64,000 nucleotides of DNA from Ascidiella aspersa (Eukaryota), in assembly GCA_963924565.1 (NCBI GenBank), contig OZ004607.1, positions 9,300,001 to 9,364,000 of the forward strand. The letters are read 5' to 3'. The translations under genes and the position numbers were made by a program. Numbering within the stretch: the stretch's first letter is position 1; each line of letters opens with the position of its first letter. Of this stretch, positions 50,501 to 62,500 are shown in pieces. The notes under the pieces were generated by a model. The model did not search any database. It was not told where the DNA came from and saw only the letters and a program-made list of their open reading frames with translations.

Positions 50501-53500
50501 ACAAACCTCGGCGGGCCGTTTATCGCCAAAGCAAACGCGGTCGGCTTTCTGTTTATTTTCGCCAATCAAGATTAGCTGCGCAGTTCCGTTGCCTGGTCAC
50601 GTCGGGGCCTTTTTTAGGCCAGTTTGCTTGGCCGATTTGCTAAACGGCAGGTTCCCTTTTCGAGAAACTTCTATTCAAGGCCCCTGGTAAATCGACAACT
50701 CGCTAGGACACTTTATAAATGTCCGATACTTTGTATTAACTCCGATATCGATACCCTGGTATTTTAGGATGAAAGTACCGCTGATCAGATCCGATACCAA
50801 ATGACGTAAATACTATATGCCTAATTCGGCAAAATTAAAATACTTGCTCTTGATGGAAAGAAAATCATTGGTGCTGGACAACTTCCCTTATTGTTGACAT
50901 ATTTAATGTAAAAATATAAAATCCTGATTTCTTGACTTTTTATTTCTTTTAAAATAGAACGCTCAGTTAAATTGGAAACAATCGTTGAAATTTTTCAACT
51001 AATTTGGATTGGCACAGATACCAGCCTAGTATCGGATATGTAACGACATTTCTACAATATAAATTTTCTTTCCAGAAGTCTACTATATTATTCTAAAATT
51101 TTTCTGGCATTTTTTACAATATTAAACACAGCTTTAAAATAGGAACCGGCCAAAAGAACTGGCCACTGTATTCGGCGCATAAAGCCTGATCGCATTGAAG
51201 GATTATGACTCGGCCTAAACAATTGGATGATTGCACGGATAGGCTCCCGACTACAAGGAGGTTTTAAAATCGGATTTTACTGGTAGCTTTGGTTCAAAGG
51301 TTAGATCATTACTGGTTTAAGTTTAGTTGTTCAAAGGATCTTTGCTTGTTTAGCTTTAGTTGGAATAATTTCAAACGAAACGCGTTTGACTCACGGTAAT
51401 ACTCAGCTACTAAGGGGTTTTGGTTTTTATTCACCCCTGTCCCTTGATGTTTCGCATCAAGGATTTTTAACCTGCATTGAAGCGCCCGCAGAAGCAGTCA
51501 GGGCGGGGATTCACCTGTTGAGAATTCCTTTGGTGATATCTCGAAACAACGCGATAAAAAGGCTGAGCTTTACATCGCTGTTTTCAAAAAAATATTTGTG
51601 GTTTAGGTTTTTTGACACGTTTTACTACTTTTTGGTAAAGTGGTTCAATCAACTTGTAATTTTTAGTTAATTGCAAAACTTTCAACGAAGAAAGCTCATC
51701 TTTTTCGATAGTAACTATATTCAACAAAATTGAGCTCAGTAGTCTTCCACTTTGAAATTGTCCACCATCTTTGTCCATAGATATGCCTATATCACCAGAT
51801 GTTTTTGTCCAGACTGAGTTTAAATTGAAGTTCGATAATTTCATTTTATCACGGCAAAGTTGAACTATGTATACTAGCCCAGGCTTAACACTAGACAAAC
51901 GATTCGAGGCATCTTATATTATATGTACTGCACTGTGAGGGCAGTTTCTTATGCTTGCCGCCAAGGAAGGAAACAAGCCGAAACGACGTTCACGTAGCGT
52001 TGTGCGTTTGGTCAAGTTCTAAATCCAAAACTTCCCGAAGCTTTCGATCCAAGCTAATATTTCCTTGTTTAGTATACGGGTGGTTTGGGCCAATTTTTGG
52101 AAGCCTGTTTAAGGCCTGTCACTTTATACTCCCTATATCACCGCATCAAAAGGATATCCTGATCACACCCTGGCTGTAGACGTTCCCGACAGCACACAGA
52201 CGCGCAGATCGTGGCGGAGATTAAACAGCCATTATTAAGTGTGCCAGTTTACATTTGCGCTTCGAAACCAGTCGAGGCCCTTTTTTACCGCTATCTTGTT
52301 TTCGTGTAGTTTTCGCCCTGTCGGTTTAGAATGGGACAGGGAAAATATGCCAACTCATCTGTCGCTGAGCGTATCAGTCACAGAATGGAGACGTGCTTTG
52401 TGCTGTAGCGAAATATACGTTTTCAATGATTAATTTTTAAATATGGGGATTGGGGATTTTTTATCGATTTACTTGTTAAGTAAAATCTATTAACTCAGTT
52501 CGTTTAAATATATATGTATTAGCCAATGGTAGAGTTTTTGAAGGATAGTAAGCCCAAGTACAAAGTAGAGGCCACGTGGCGCAATCTTTTTTAACATTTT
52601 GCTGGAATCTGTAAAATTGAATATTCCCGGGTTCGATCAAAAATCATTCCAAGTGTACGCCAATGAGTTTGCTCGTACACTCGGCTTGAATTTGCATATT
52701 CACTTGGCTCATGTTATATCAAAGTATTTGTCTTAAAGATAACTGTTTCGACCTTTTCGCGTAAGTCTAAAATATTGAAAAAATCGTGTTTTAATCATTG
52801 TTGAACTCACCTGTTGTGATAATTGCTCGACCTTCTCTTTGAGCGCTTCCACGATTGAGCAGTTGAAGCAAACTGCAAAAATTAAACAAAATATATTACA
52901 TATCGGTGTTGTGTTGTAAAGAAGTCACCTTTGAAATGAATTGATTCTAAGTTATGCCCCAAGTCATGTCAATATTATAGCAAGTCAACTTTAAGGCAAA
53001 TTACTCCAAAAAATGAAACGTTAAACTATTAAAATTTGGTAAAGTTGTTTGATTATGAAAAATTTAATAACTCAACTAAAAAATAACAAACATCCAACAT
53101 ATTACAAGCTAATTGTTTTAATTGCACAACTTCAAATCAATGTCCCAGAAGCCTTTAGAACAGATGTGACAATAAGCCAAGAAATGGTGTGTGACGAATT
53201 ACCTATACGCTCATGTACTTTGCAACGAAACGCGTATCCGTCGGCTTGATGGGACAAGGAAATGTCAATTACAAGCTTACATCCAATCGTGCGAAATGTA
53301 ATTGTGAAGGACTCCAGTCGTGGCTTGGAAATTTTCACACACGATTTCCATATTATGTCAACATCATTTTTGCCAGAAAGGGGAAGCGTCTTGACTTTGA
53401 TTGCTTTCGTGGTAAACGCTACGTGACAAAATCTAAAAGTGTGCGAACGTACGCGACTTTCAAAGAAATAAGAACTCGGCAGAAGTCTGACTGAAAAGGG

Positions 53501-56500
53501 TTTCTTTTAGTCGAAACATGCCTATTAACAAGCACAGTGCTGTCACAAAAATCCCAAATTACCGAGAGTTCGTAAGATATGGAAAATCCCGTGCAGTAAA
53601 CATAAAGGAGAAGGCTTTTGGGAAATTCCAATCAAGGAAATTTAACCTTTCAATGTAAACGGCATATTCTGGATACAAATTGGACACAAAAGATTATAGG
53701 TAATGTTTGTTGTTCATCTGTTACACGTCTAAAACAACTGTTGGTATAAAGAACCCATAAGAAAAACATCAAGGGCTTTTAAACACCCTTTTAAATAGGT
53801 GGACATTTTTAAAGCTCCCCACCAGTTGAAAAAGTCCCTAAAAGTATTTTTTAATGCTTTTTGTGCACACTGCAGAACATAGCACATACAAATTTAGTTA
53901 AAAATCGATTGCCCAGCAAAGAAGAGATTAGGCTAATACAGATAAAGTTAAGCTTTTTTTTATTAATTGATATTTTCCCGACCTCTACAAATGAGTTTAC
54001 GTGAACAGCAAAATAAATATAGCGGTTTATAGGCTATATATATATATATATATATGTAAGTGTTTTTGTGTCAATACAGATAAAGTTGGAAATACTTTTT
54101 ATTTAATATTTTCTCACGTCAACCAATTGGTTTACATGGGCCCACGAACAGACATATACATATTTTTTGTCTGCACGCAGCGGGACGTAACAGTTTGGTT
54201 GAAAATAGCTTACTTGGCAAGAAAACACAAAGCCGAAAAGGTCGCGAGAACTCATTGACTGGTGGAAGGCCAACCGAGACCTATAAATCGAAATCCATAA
54301 ACAGGCGAATGATGGATGTAAGTGAGATAAAGGTGCCGCAAATTTGGCAGAAGAGAGACATAAATCGAATCGACCGTCAAGGTGGAAATAATGCTTTGCG
54401 AGCATAGCATGGGAGGGAGGGGCGTGTAGGTCGTTTCTCAAGGCCAACTATAGCTTTTGTCGGGCCAAAGCAAGCAGGGAAGATAAGCTTATCGCCGAAT
54501 TGCTTTAGTTGGCATCGGTCCGCGCTAAATGGCATCAAAGCCATCGCGCCGTTCGACTATCGCCGCAGCCATCTCGTCTGAAGTGGATTTCGGGGCGATG
54601 CCGTCCCCGGTGCAAATCGGATTTCTTTTTTTCTCTGCGTCCAAAATGGAAAGCACAAACCAAACAAAAGTCGGCCAACGTCACACGGTCATAGGGCGTA
54701 CAACTCAAATCGAGGCCGGATCTCGTCGGCCTATCAACCGCAGCGGGTCTTGTGATGCGAAGCGGGCGCTAACGAAAATATGGTTTTGGAAAAGCTCGAC
54801 ACACCCTTCTACCGGCTGCGCGCTATTGTCGCCTTTCCAGGGCGAGTATAAATATGAAATTTAAAAGGATTGAATTTGTGCTGTGTACTAAACTGCCTAA
54901 CCTGTTGTCCAAAGTTTATCTACTTAATTTTTGTAATAAAAATGCTGTCGAATAAGTAACGACAACCCATTTGTAGTTGTTGAAAGAACAATGAGCTCAG
55001 ATAAAAAATATGTTCCATGCCTACTAACTTATAATTGTTTACCACATAAATAGGCCTAAATATGAACAAAGATATTTCCAGGCATAAATAGACAAAGCTT
55101 TTTCGTCAGTCTTAAGTCTCGTTAAATCAATAATATTAGACTTTACTCGATTGCGCTCTAACAAAGCGTAAAAGAGTTTTATCTTTGCTTCTATACTATT
55201 TAATCCTTAAAATCTAGCTTTTTATTGAAGTTTGTTCGCCTGACAGACAGCCGTAATATTTTGGTGATGGCGGTTTCAGGCCACGACTTTTAAGCTGTAC
55301 ACAATTCGTCAACAACTCTCTGCATTCAATTTTGCAGCAGGAACGCTGAAGGCGGCTTCGAGGGTTTAAAACCACAAAAAGGATTATAGCAAGGATGGCG
55401 CACCCTTTGATGGCAAATGCTTGACACGAAATGATTCGGCCCGGCAAAACCGCATTCGAAAGGCCGTTAAGCCGCAGACACGTGTGCAAATGGCTTTCGG
55501 TTTTCAGAGCGCAAATATCGAGATAAGGAAACCACGTGACGAATCTTTTCGGCGAATATATCACGATCAGCAAAAGTGTTGAGCTTCTTTAAAATTTTCT
55601 TCATGCTGTCCCACGTTTGCCAGTATCGTGACGCCCTGTCCTAGTGAAACTTGCGTCTGTGTTTGCTTATTACTTGACTTGGCCGTAGTCACTTGGACAA
55701 TACACTTTTTTTCAAGCTCTTGGTATTTGGTATTCGATATGATATTTCGATATATTTAGAGCTGTATATGGGAATGTTAGATAAATTATAGCTTCTAAGT
55801 TTCCCGCTAATTTAAGGCCGCAGCCCGCCGGTCACACAAGGTTTGGCAGCATGGAAGCCACACACATAAACTTCCGGCAGGCCTGAGGTTTCCGCTCGTC
55901 CATGGTTCAACGCAAAACGTCAGGCGGCAGAGTAGTAGCCGTCGAATTGTATCTCGACCTTTGCACTTGGCCGGATTCGAGCGACTTCAAACCGCGGATT
56001 AAGCCGCTCACATAGGCGTGAAGCGTCAATTAAGGCGCAGAGGACAGAAACAAGGACAGCTGTCGAAAATCAACCGCTTAAAGGCGGATCCAAGCGAAAC
56101 GATTTCCGCCGCGGACAAAGGGACTCGACCGCAATCGTGCCCGATCCGTTATTTGCGTCACACTCACCGGGGATCACGCTGATATCGAGATTGTGACGTC
56201 ATTATTTGTTGAGCTCTTGGACTGAGGCCCTTTGAGGTCGTGAGAACATTAAGGCCGCAGGATAAAAACAAGTGTGTATCTGATCAGTTTGAATAAAGTA
56301 CATTGGTACTGATTTTCGTGGAGACTACAGGTCATTGGAGGTCGTTGAACCCAGGTAACCCCTGTTTGGAGCAATAACGTGTCACGAGTGAGATTAATCA
56401 CCAGCCGCATTGTAAATACGCTCGATCAAATAAATCCGTAAGTAGTAATGACACAACCAATCTGTTTTTCTCTGCTGAATGTTAACCTCGGCGACAATTT

Positions 56501-59500
56501 GGAACCTAGCGGTTTCTACACTCCAAAGACCAATAGTTGTATGGAGAAAATGGTCATTGTGGTTCAAATAGCAAACGGTTGAAAACCTTATAGTTCATAT
56601 AACGAAAGACGTAAACAAAAAACGAGGATGTATCTTATAAGTTTGGCAAAGATACATTGGTGATTTCTATTCGTCAAATGGCGGCGCGTCACTTAAGGTC
56701 GTTGAACTGAGATGACCCCTGTTTCAAGCCCAATAATGACATTGGTAAAATTAGTCATCGTTTGAAATACAAAATGCGTCTGATTACATACATTTGTAAG
56801 TATTAATGTCATAAGGAAGCACTTTCTCTTTGATGGAATGTTAACCGCGACAATAATATTTTAACACCCCGTGTTTGCACCACAAGGCTGCTATAGTTGT
56901 ATGGAGAAAGGGTCGCTGGAGTATACCAATGTGGTATTTTGTCGATATTTTACAGCAGAATATATATAACAGGCTTGTGAAAATAGGCTACATCTAAAGA
57001 CTTAAAAAAAAAAAATTATTCCCCCGAGAAATGTTTTTTTTTCACAGTTTATTTTTAAGTTGTATGGAGAAAAGGGGTGTTTCAGCTTCAAAATTTTTTA
57101 TTTAGGCCTAAGATTTTTTTATCTAATGAGTGGTCTCTACAGGTGACATACCAGAATTGTAACACAACATGTTAAGCTCATTTCAAAAGGTAAGAAACTT
57201 TGTAAAACATTCTGTTCCAGCAATCTTGGCTTTGGCACAGTTTCGTTTCACTTTCACCTGTCGCCGCAACCCGTGGTCGAAAACTTTGGCCAAGGGGGAA
57301 AAGCGATACCGCTAATATGCAGGTTGGCGGAGAAATGCCCCGCTACGGATACCTCAAATTAACCTCAATGGCTTTCTAATTTCCAGTTCGACCAGCTCCT
57401 TTCAAACGCGAACGCCCTATGTCGGAACCCAAATCTAGGCGGGATAGTCACCACAATATCCAACCTCGTCCATCTGCCTTAGTGAAAGATATGTCTTTGT
57501 CTACGAAATAAGAACAGATGTCGCTTTAAGTTTAAAACATTTACTGCCGCCATTTGCTTCATACAGCCGTTTTGGGAGGCTGAGTCAGAAGTGTGATGTT
57601 TTAGATTTAGGCTTATAAATCAAAGTTAGAATAGGGCCTAAACCTTAAACAAATTTCAACAGAAGGTTTTCTTTGTTGATGGATCCTGAAAATTGCGCCG
57701 AAACTCGAAAACATATCCCATAAAAAGAAGAGTGAAGGATGACGTCATAATGATGTCTTCCTTATTCGCAGGAACGTCAAATATATATTCAAACCCTTTT
57801 ATCAACTTTTGGTTTCCGAGGTAATTTAACGTCTATTTGCAGAGAATGTTTGTTTTTTAGACACTATACGCTTTAATGTCTACTTTAAACTTTACCGCAC
57901 GGCTATCCTGAAAATAGTAGCTAAGCAAATGAATTCATCCATTATTCTTGACTGTGGTCAGAAAATACCATCGTTAAGTCACCTGTAAGAAGCACAATTT
58001 ACCACATATCCAGGGACAAACAAGACACGATACTTAGGTTGCAAATCTGCATACAGCCTGTTTTTCGGAGGCCTAATTAAGAAGTGTCGAGACCCATTTT
58101 TTCTCTTCCGAGTCTTGTAGGAGTAGCAAATACACACCTTTAGTTTGGGAATGCTACAGTTTAAAGAAAATTGACAGCACCACGCTAGCGTTGGTGTGAA
58201 TCAAATAAGACAAAATACAAAAGTAGGTTACATTTTAAATGTTCAAAATATATCTCTTTATTCATTTTCAATATAGATGAAAATGAATAGAGATATCGAA
58301 ACGTTCAAAAGATTAACCAATTCTATATGGTCTTTGGTATTCCTTCTGCGTCTAACCGAAACCTCCAATCATCATGCTACAAAAATACTTGTCGGTTTGC
58401 AAAAGAAGGCTAGAAACATTGGCTTTACGTGTATGCAAAACACCGGGTTAATTCACAGTTGTTTCTTCACGTCAGTAAAGGTCGTGAGAAAATCAAGGGA
58501 ACAGGAGAAAATAGAGATTGCATCCGAAAATGAGCACGAAGTTCAATTGAAATAACCGCGTGACTTATTCGGGGTCAAGTGGAAGTCGAAAAATCACCTG
58601 GATGTTGGGAAAAGACGTCGAAAACCGAAAAAAAAAACGTTTTCCTGTGTTTTACCGTTTAATCTTTTTCATCTCGCTTGTTTTCAAATTAAAAAAAACA
58701 ATGAAATGATATTTTTTCCCACAAACTTTCATCTAGCTAAACTACCGGCCACTAAATTGGTACAACCAAATGTAAGCTTAAAAACTTGAAAAGAAGGTTT
58801 ACAGAGCTAACAGACACAAAGGCGACCAATTGACACTTTAAGTCCGGATTTTTTCAGACAAGAATAATATCAAGCATTACGGCCGTGTATAATAATTTTT
58901 CCTTTTTTTTGTTTATCTTCTTTTTTACGTGGCTTTTTTAGGATTTGAAACAACGATACGATATTTAATCATATCCTTTTACATAATAGAACTATGGCAC
59001 CAAACTAGGTGGCTTCACATACACACCGCATAACTTAATCTAAAAAAGTAAAAAGAAGGCTTTGAATACAGTATAGCCAACAGACACAGAGGCGGCCAAG
59101 TGACAGTTTCGCTCAGGATTTTTCATACAAGAAGAAGAAGAAGCACAAGCATTGCTGCCGTGTATCCAAAAACCAAAACAAGACCGCCAACGCGACGCGA
59201 ACACGACAGAAGAAGGAGCGGCCGTGTTATGACACAGCTGGCTTTGAAACCGCTGATCGGTCGTGGTTGAGTTTTGCTCTCGATGGCCTCTGGTCCGGTT
59301 TCCTTATGTGTCCCCGGTACCCGGAAATGATCGCTCGACGCCGCTGCCCGGTGCTAAGCGGGTTCAGGGAGCAAAGGCGCGAAACGCGTCGGCGTTTTGT
59401 TACGTCACAATTGAAATGGGACGCTGGAGTTGACTATGTGGGATTGTTTGTTTCCAATATACGTATAAGCACGACAATGCTAAAGGCAAACTAACATTTC

Positions 59501-62500
59501 TGTTCGAATTTTAAACTTATTGTAAGCCTTTTTTATGCTTTTTTCGTTTTGTTTGCTTTAATTAATTAGCCTCTTAACTGGGGGGTCTATGGGCCCCAAA
59601 GGTTTCAACATAGAGACCTATTGAAAGGGTCTACAGGCTTTTCTGTGATGTGTTACTTCTGTCGATAAGCTGCGAAAAAGCTCATAAACAAGTTTGAAAC
59701 AATGGCTATCTGATCAACGGAAAAAGTAGAAGTTAGGGCCGGTTTTGTTCTTCGCATTTATGATGTAGCTCCAGGGATAAGTCTTTTACTCGTATCTGTT
59801 CGGGGTAAATACATTATCCCAACAAACTTGGTGGTCCACGGACAAAAATTAGTTGCAAATTCCTGGTTTATTTGAATGAACAACAAATATTTTTACACTT
59901 TTATCTGAACCAATGATTTTTCGTTTAGTTTTAGTTTTGAAAAAAAAATTTGGCTTCGAGTTTCGCCTTCCTTCAAAAAGACGGCAAACATTTTTTCACT
60001 TTGAAATAGTTAAAAAAAATTTCTCGGAAAATACTAAGCGGATCGCTGAAAAACCAAGATTTGAAATTGTCTTGCTAGTTGGGAGAATTTGTTGTGTATG
60101 AAGCAACGAAGGTGCAACATTATTTTAAGCTGATTGTTTCTGTTTGTCGCAACAAGAAAGCACCGCCTTAACGTAATAATTTTACCTGACCTGGACAATT
60201 TGAATACTGTTCGGGTTTCCTAGAAATCGCTTTTAATACGATTATGCTATTTCATCTTAAAATAGTGTAAGAAGTGTGTAATACTTTAAGCCCAATGGTA
60301 TGAGACTATGTTTGTAAGCATTATGTAATTAGCTTTTCCAGTAACAAGTTAAAACTTAAAAATATAACCGTCAGAGGTTGGAGGTTGTGCAGTAAGAGGT
60401 AAAACCAATGTGACAAGATACAAAACTAGGTAGCATTGTGCAGCCTTTTCAAATTCATCTGAATCATTATGTGACTTTTTAAACAAATTATTCTATCTGG
60501 CGACACGGGTCATCAAGCTGAGAGGTCTGATACTGGATATTTTATTCCGATGCAGTTACCCGATATTTCGAACAAAAAGTATTGCTATCCATTTAGATAT
60601 CAATTGACGTCAATACTATGCTCAAATGTTCAAAATTATAAATTCGAACGTTAAAAAGCCTTTTTGTTTCGGGTAACCAGGCCAAGATTTTGGTTTAGCA
60701 TTTCGAAGTGTAGTTACCTTCAGTTGTTGAGCAATTATGTTTTAATAAATTCCGCTTTTATATGGCTGCTTTCGTTCGCAAATCGCAGCTGAAATTCCTA
60801 TTGGCTTGTTATCGGATTGGCACCGATACCACCCTAGTATCGGACTAGTACCGACCATTTTGCATCGGGTATCGACTTCGATCCAAGATGATCGGATATC
60901 CTTAGGTATAAAGTATAAAATATTGGATTCTGAAACATCAGACATCTCAAATCGTTTTTAGTATGGCTGTAATAAAAATCCTCTCAGACCGGACGATAAT
61001 GAATAGAACGACTTGGCATCCGGTATCGGGTACGATAGGATAATATTGGACAATTTAAAACGATAGTATATAGTAATCAATAATAAGTATCTTTATATTC
61101 CAATTTAGGTTAACACGTGAAACTCAATTCTCAACGCATTCTAGTGTAAGGTGATTAAAGTTGTTTCTTAAATGCCTCTTCTGCTGATAGGATATTATCG
61201 GATAATGTTAACAAGGACCTTCGCCGATTTCGGTCTTACCGTTGCTGCAGGTATCCCCAGAAAATCCGGGACAGCATCGCCACTCGTCCCTGGTAACAAC
61301 TGCCATGCGCGTCGCGTAGAGACGCCGACGGGCGATGACGTAACTGGAAATGTAAAGCAAGAGTTTGTAATCGCGAAATATAAATAGATATTTGACCGTG
61401 AAACGATAGTTTATACTGCAGGGGTAACCAACACGTGGATCGCGATATCGACTGGTCGATCCCTGCATTTCACCTGGTCGATCGCGTCCAATATGTGTTA
61501 CTCATTACAGTAGCTGCCTCACACAAGCGAAACATTAAACCAATTGTTGTCTGGACAAGCCTAATAAAGCCTTCTTGAACGTAACAAATTAACCTCCATC
61601 GCTGGCTTAGAATGCTATTAACGCTCAAAATGTTTAATAAGTGTTCTTGTGAATTTTTTTAATGAACCAGTCGATCGCGAGTCTTTAAAACATATTTCCG
61701 TCGATCGCAAGTTGGCTACACCTGGTATATAGTAATTAAATAATAGGTATCCTTTATGTTCCAATTTAGGCGATTTTAACAGGTGAAACTCAATGCTTAA
61801 CACATTCTTGTATAAGGTGACTCAAGTTGTTCATCAAATGTCAATTCTGCCAAAATCTTAGTTTCCTAAACCATTTTAAATTGCCTACATAGGTTTGAGA
61901 ACCTGGTGCACTAAAGGGCCACTACATCGAACTATAAAGAAGTACACAACTGCATTATTTACAATAGAAAACTCGTTCAACATGTGTTTTATTAAAAACT
62001 GTAAACAAATGAAATTTCGGTCTTGTGTTTTCGTTAAACAGCTTGAAGGTCCATGTGATTTAAAACAGGGAAAATGTCACGGAATGCGAAAGTGGTTAAT
62101 TGTTGCACAACTATAATCAATTACTATTAAACTATGTTGATACTAAGTAAACTAAAAACGCAGTTGTTATTAACTTATCGCTGGACGATAAGAGTTTCAA
62201 ATTGAAGAACCTCTTCCCAAAGCGGACCGCATCAGCCAAAGGACTCAATTCGGCAAGGGGACAGAAATGGGAATTCCCCGGGGAAATAGGATCATTCTGA
62301 CGTAGCGAGCGAATCATCACAATGCGATAATGTGCTGTCATGCGTTGCCAGCAAATCTTGCGACACGAGAACCCATTAACCGTGGAACGCAGATCAGTCA
62401 ACAGTTGCCCTATAATATCTTGTTGAGTGACTCATTAGCCCGGTTGTCGTTTCTGGGTGTTGAACGATGCCATTCAATCGTCGGGCGTGAAAACCGCAAG

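Noticed and set aside
56164-56210. Strong minus-strand donor (CCG|GTGAGT) with an upstream ATG inside the large intron
   Set aside because: Its phase is incompatible with the next coding exon (52872); it could only be a non-coding alternative first exon, for which I have no support.
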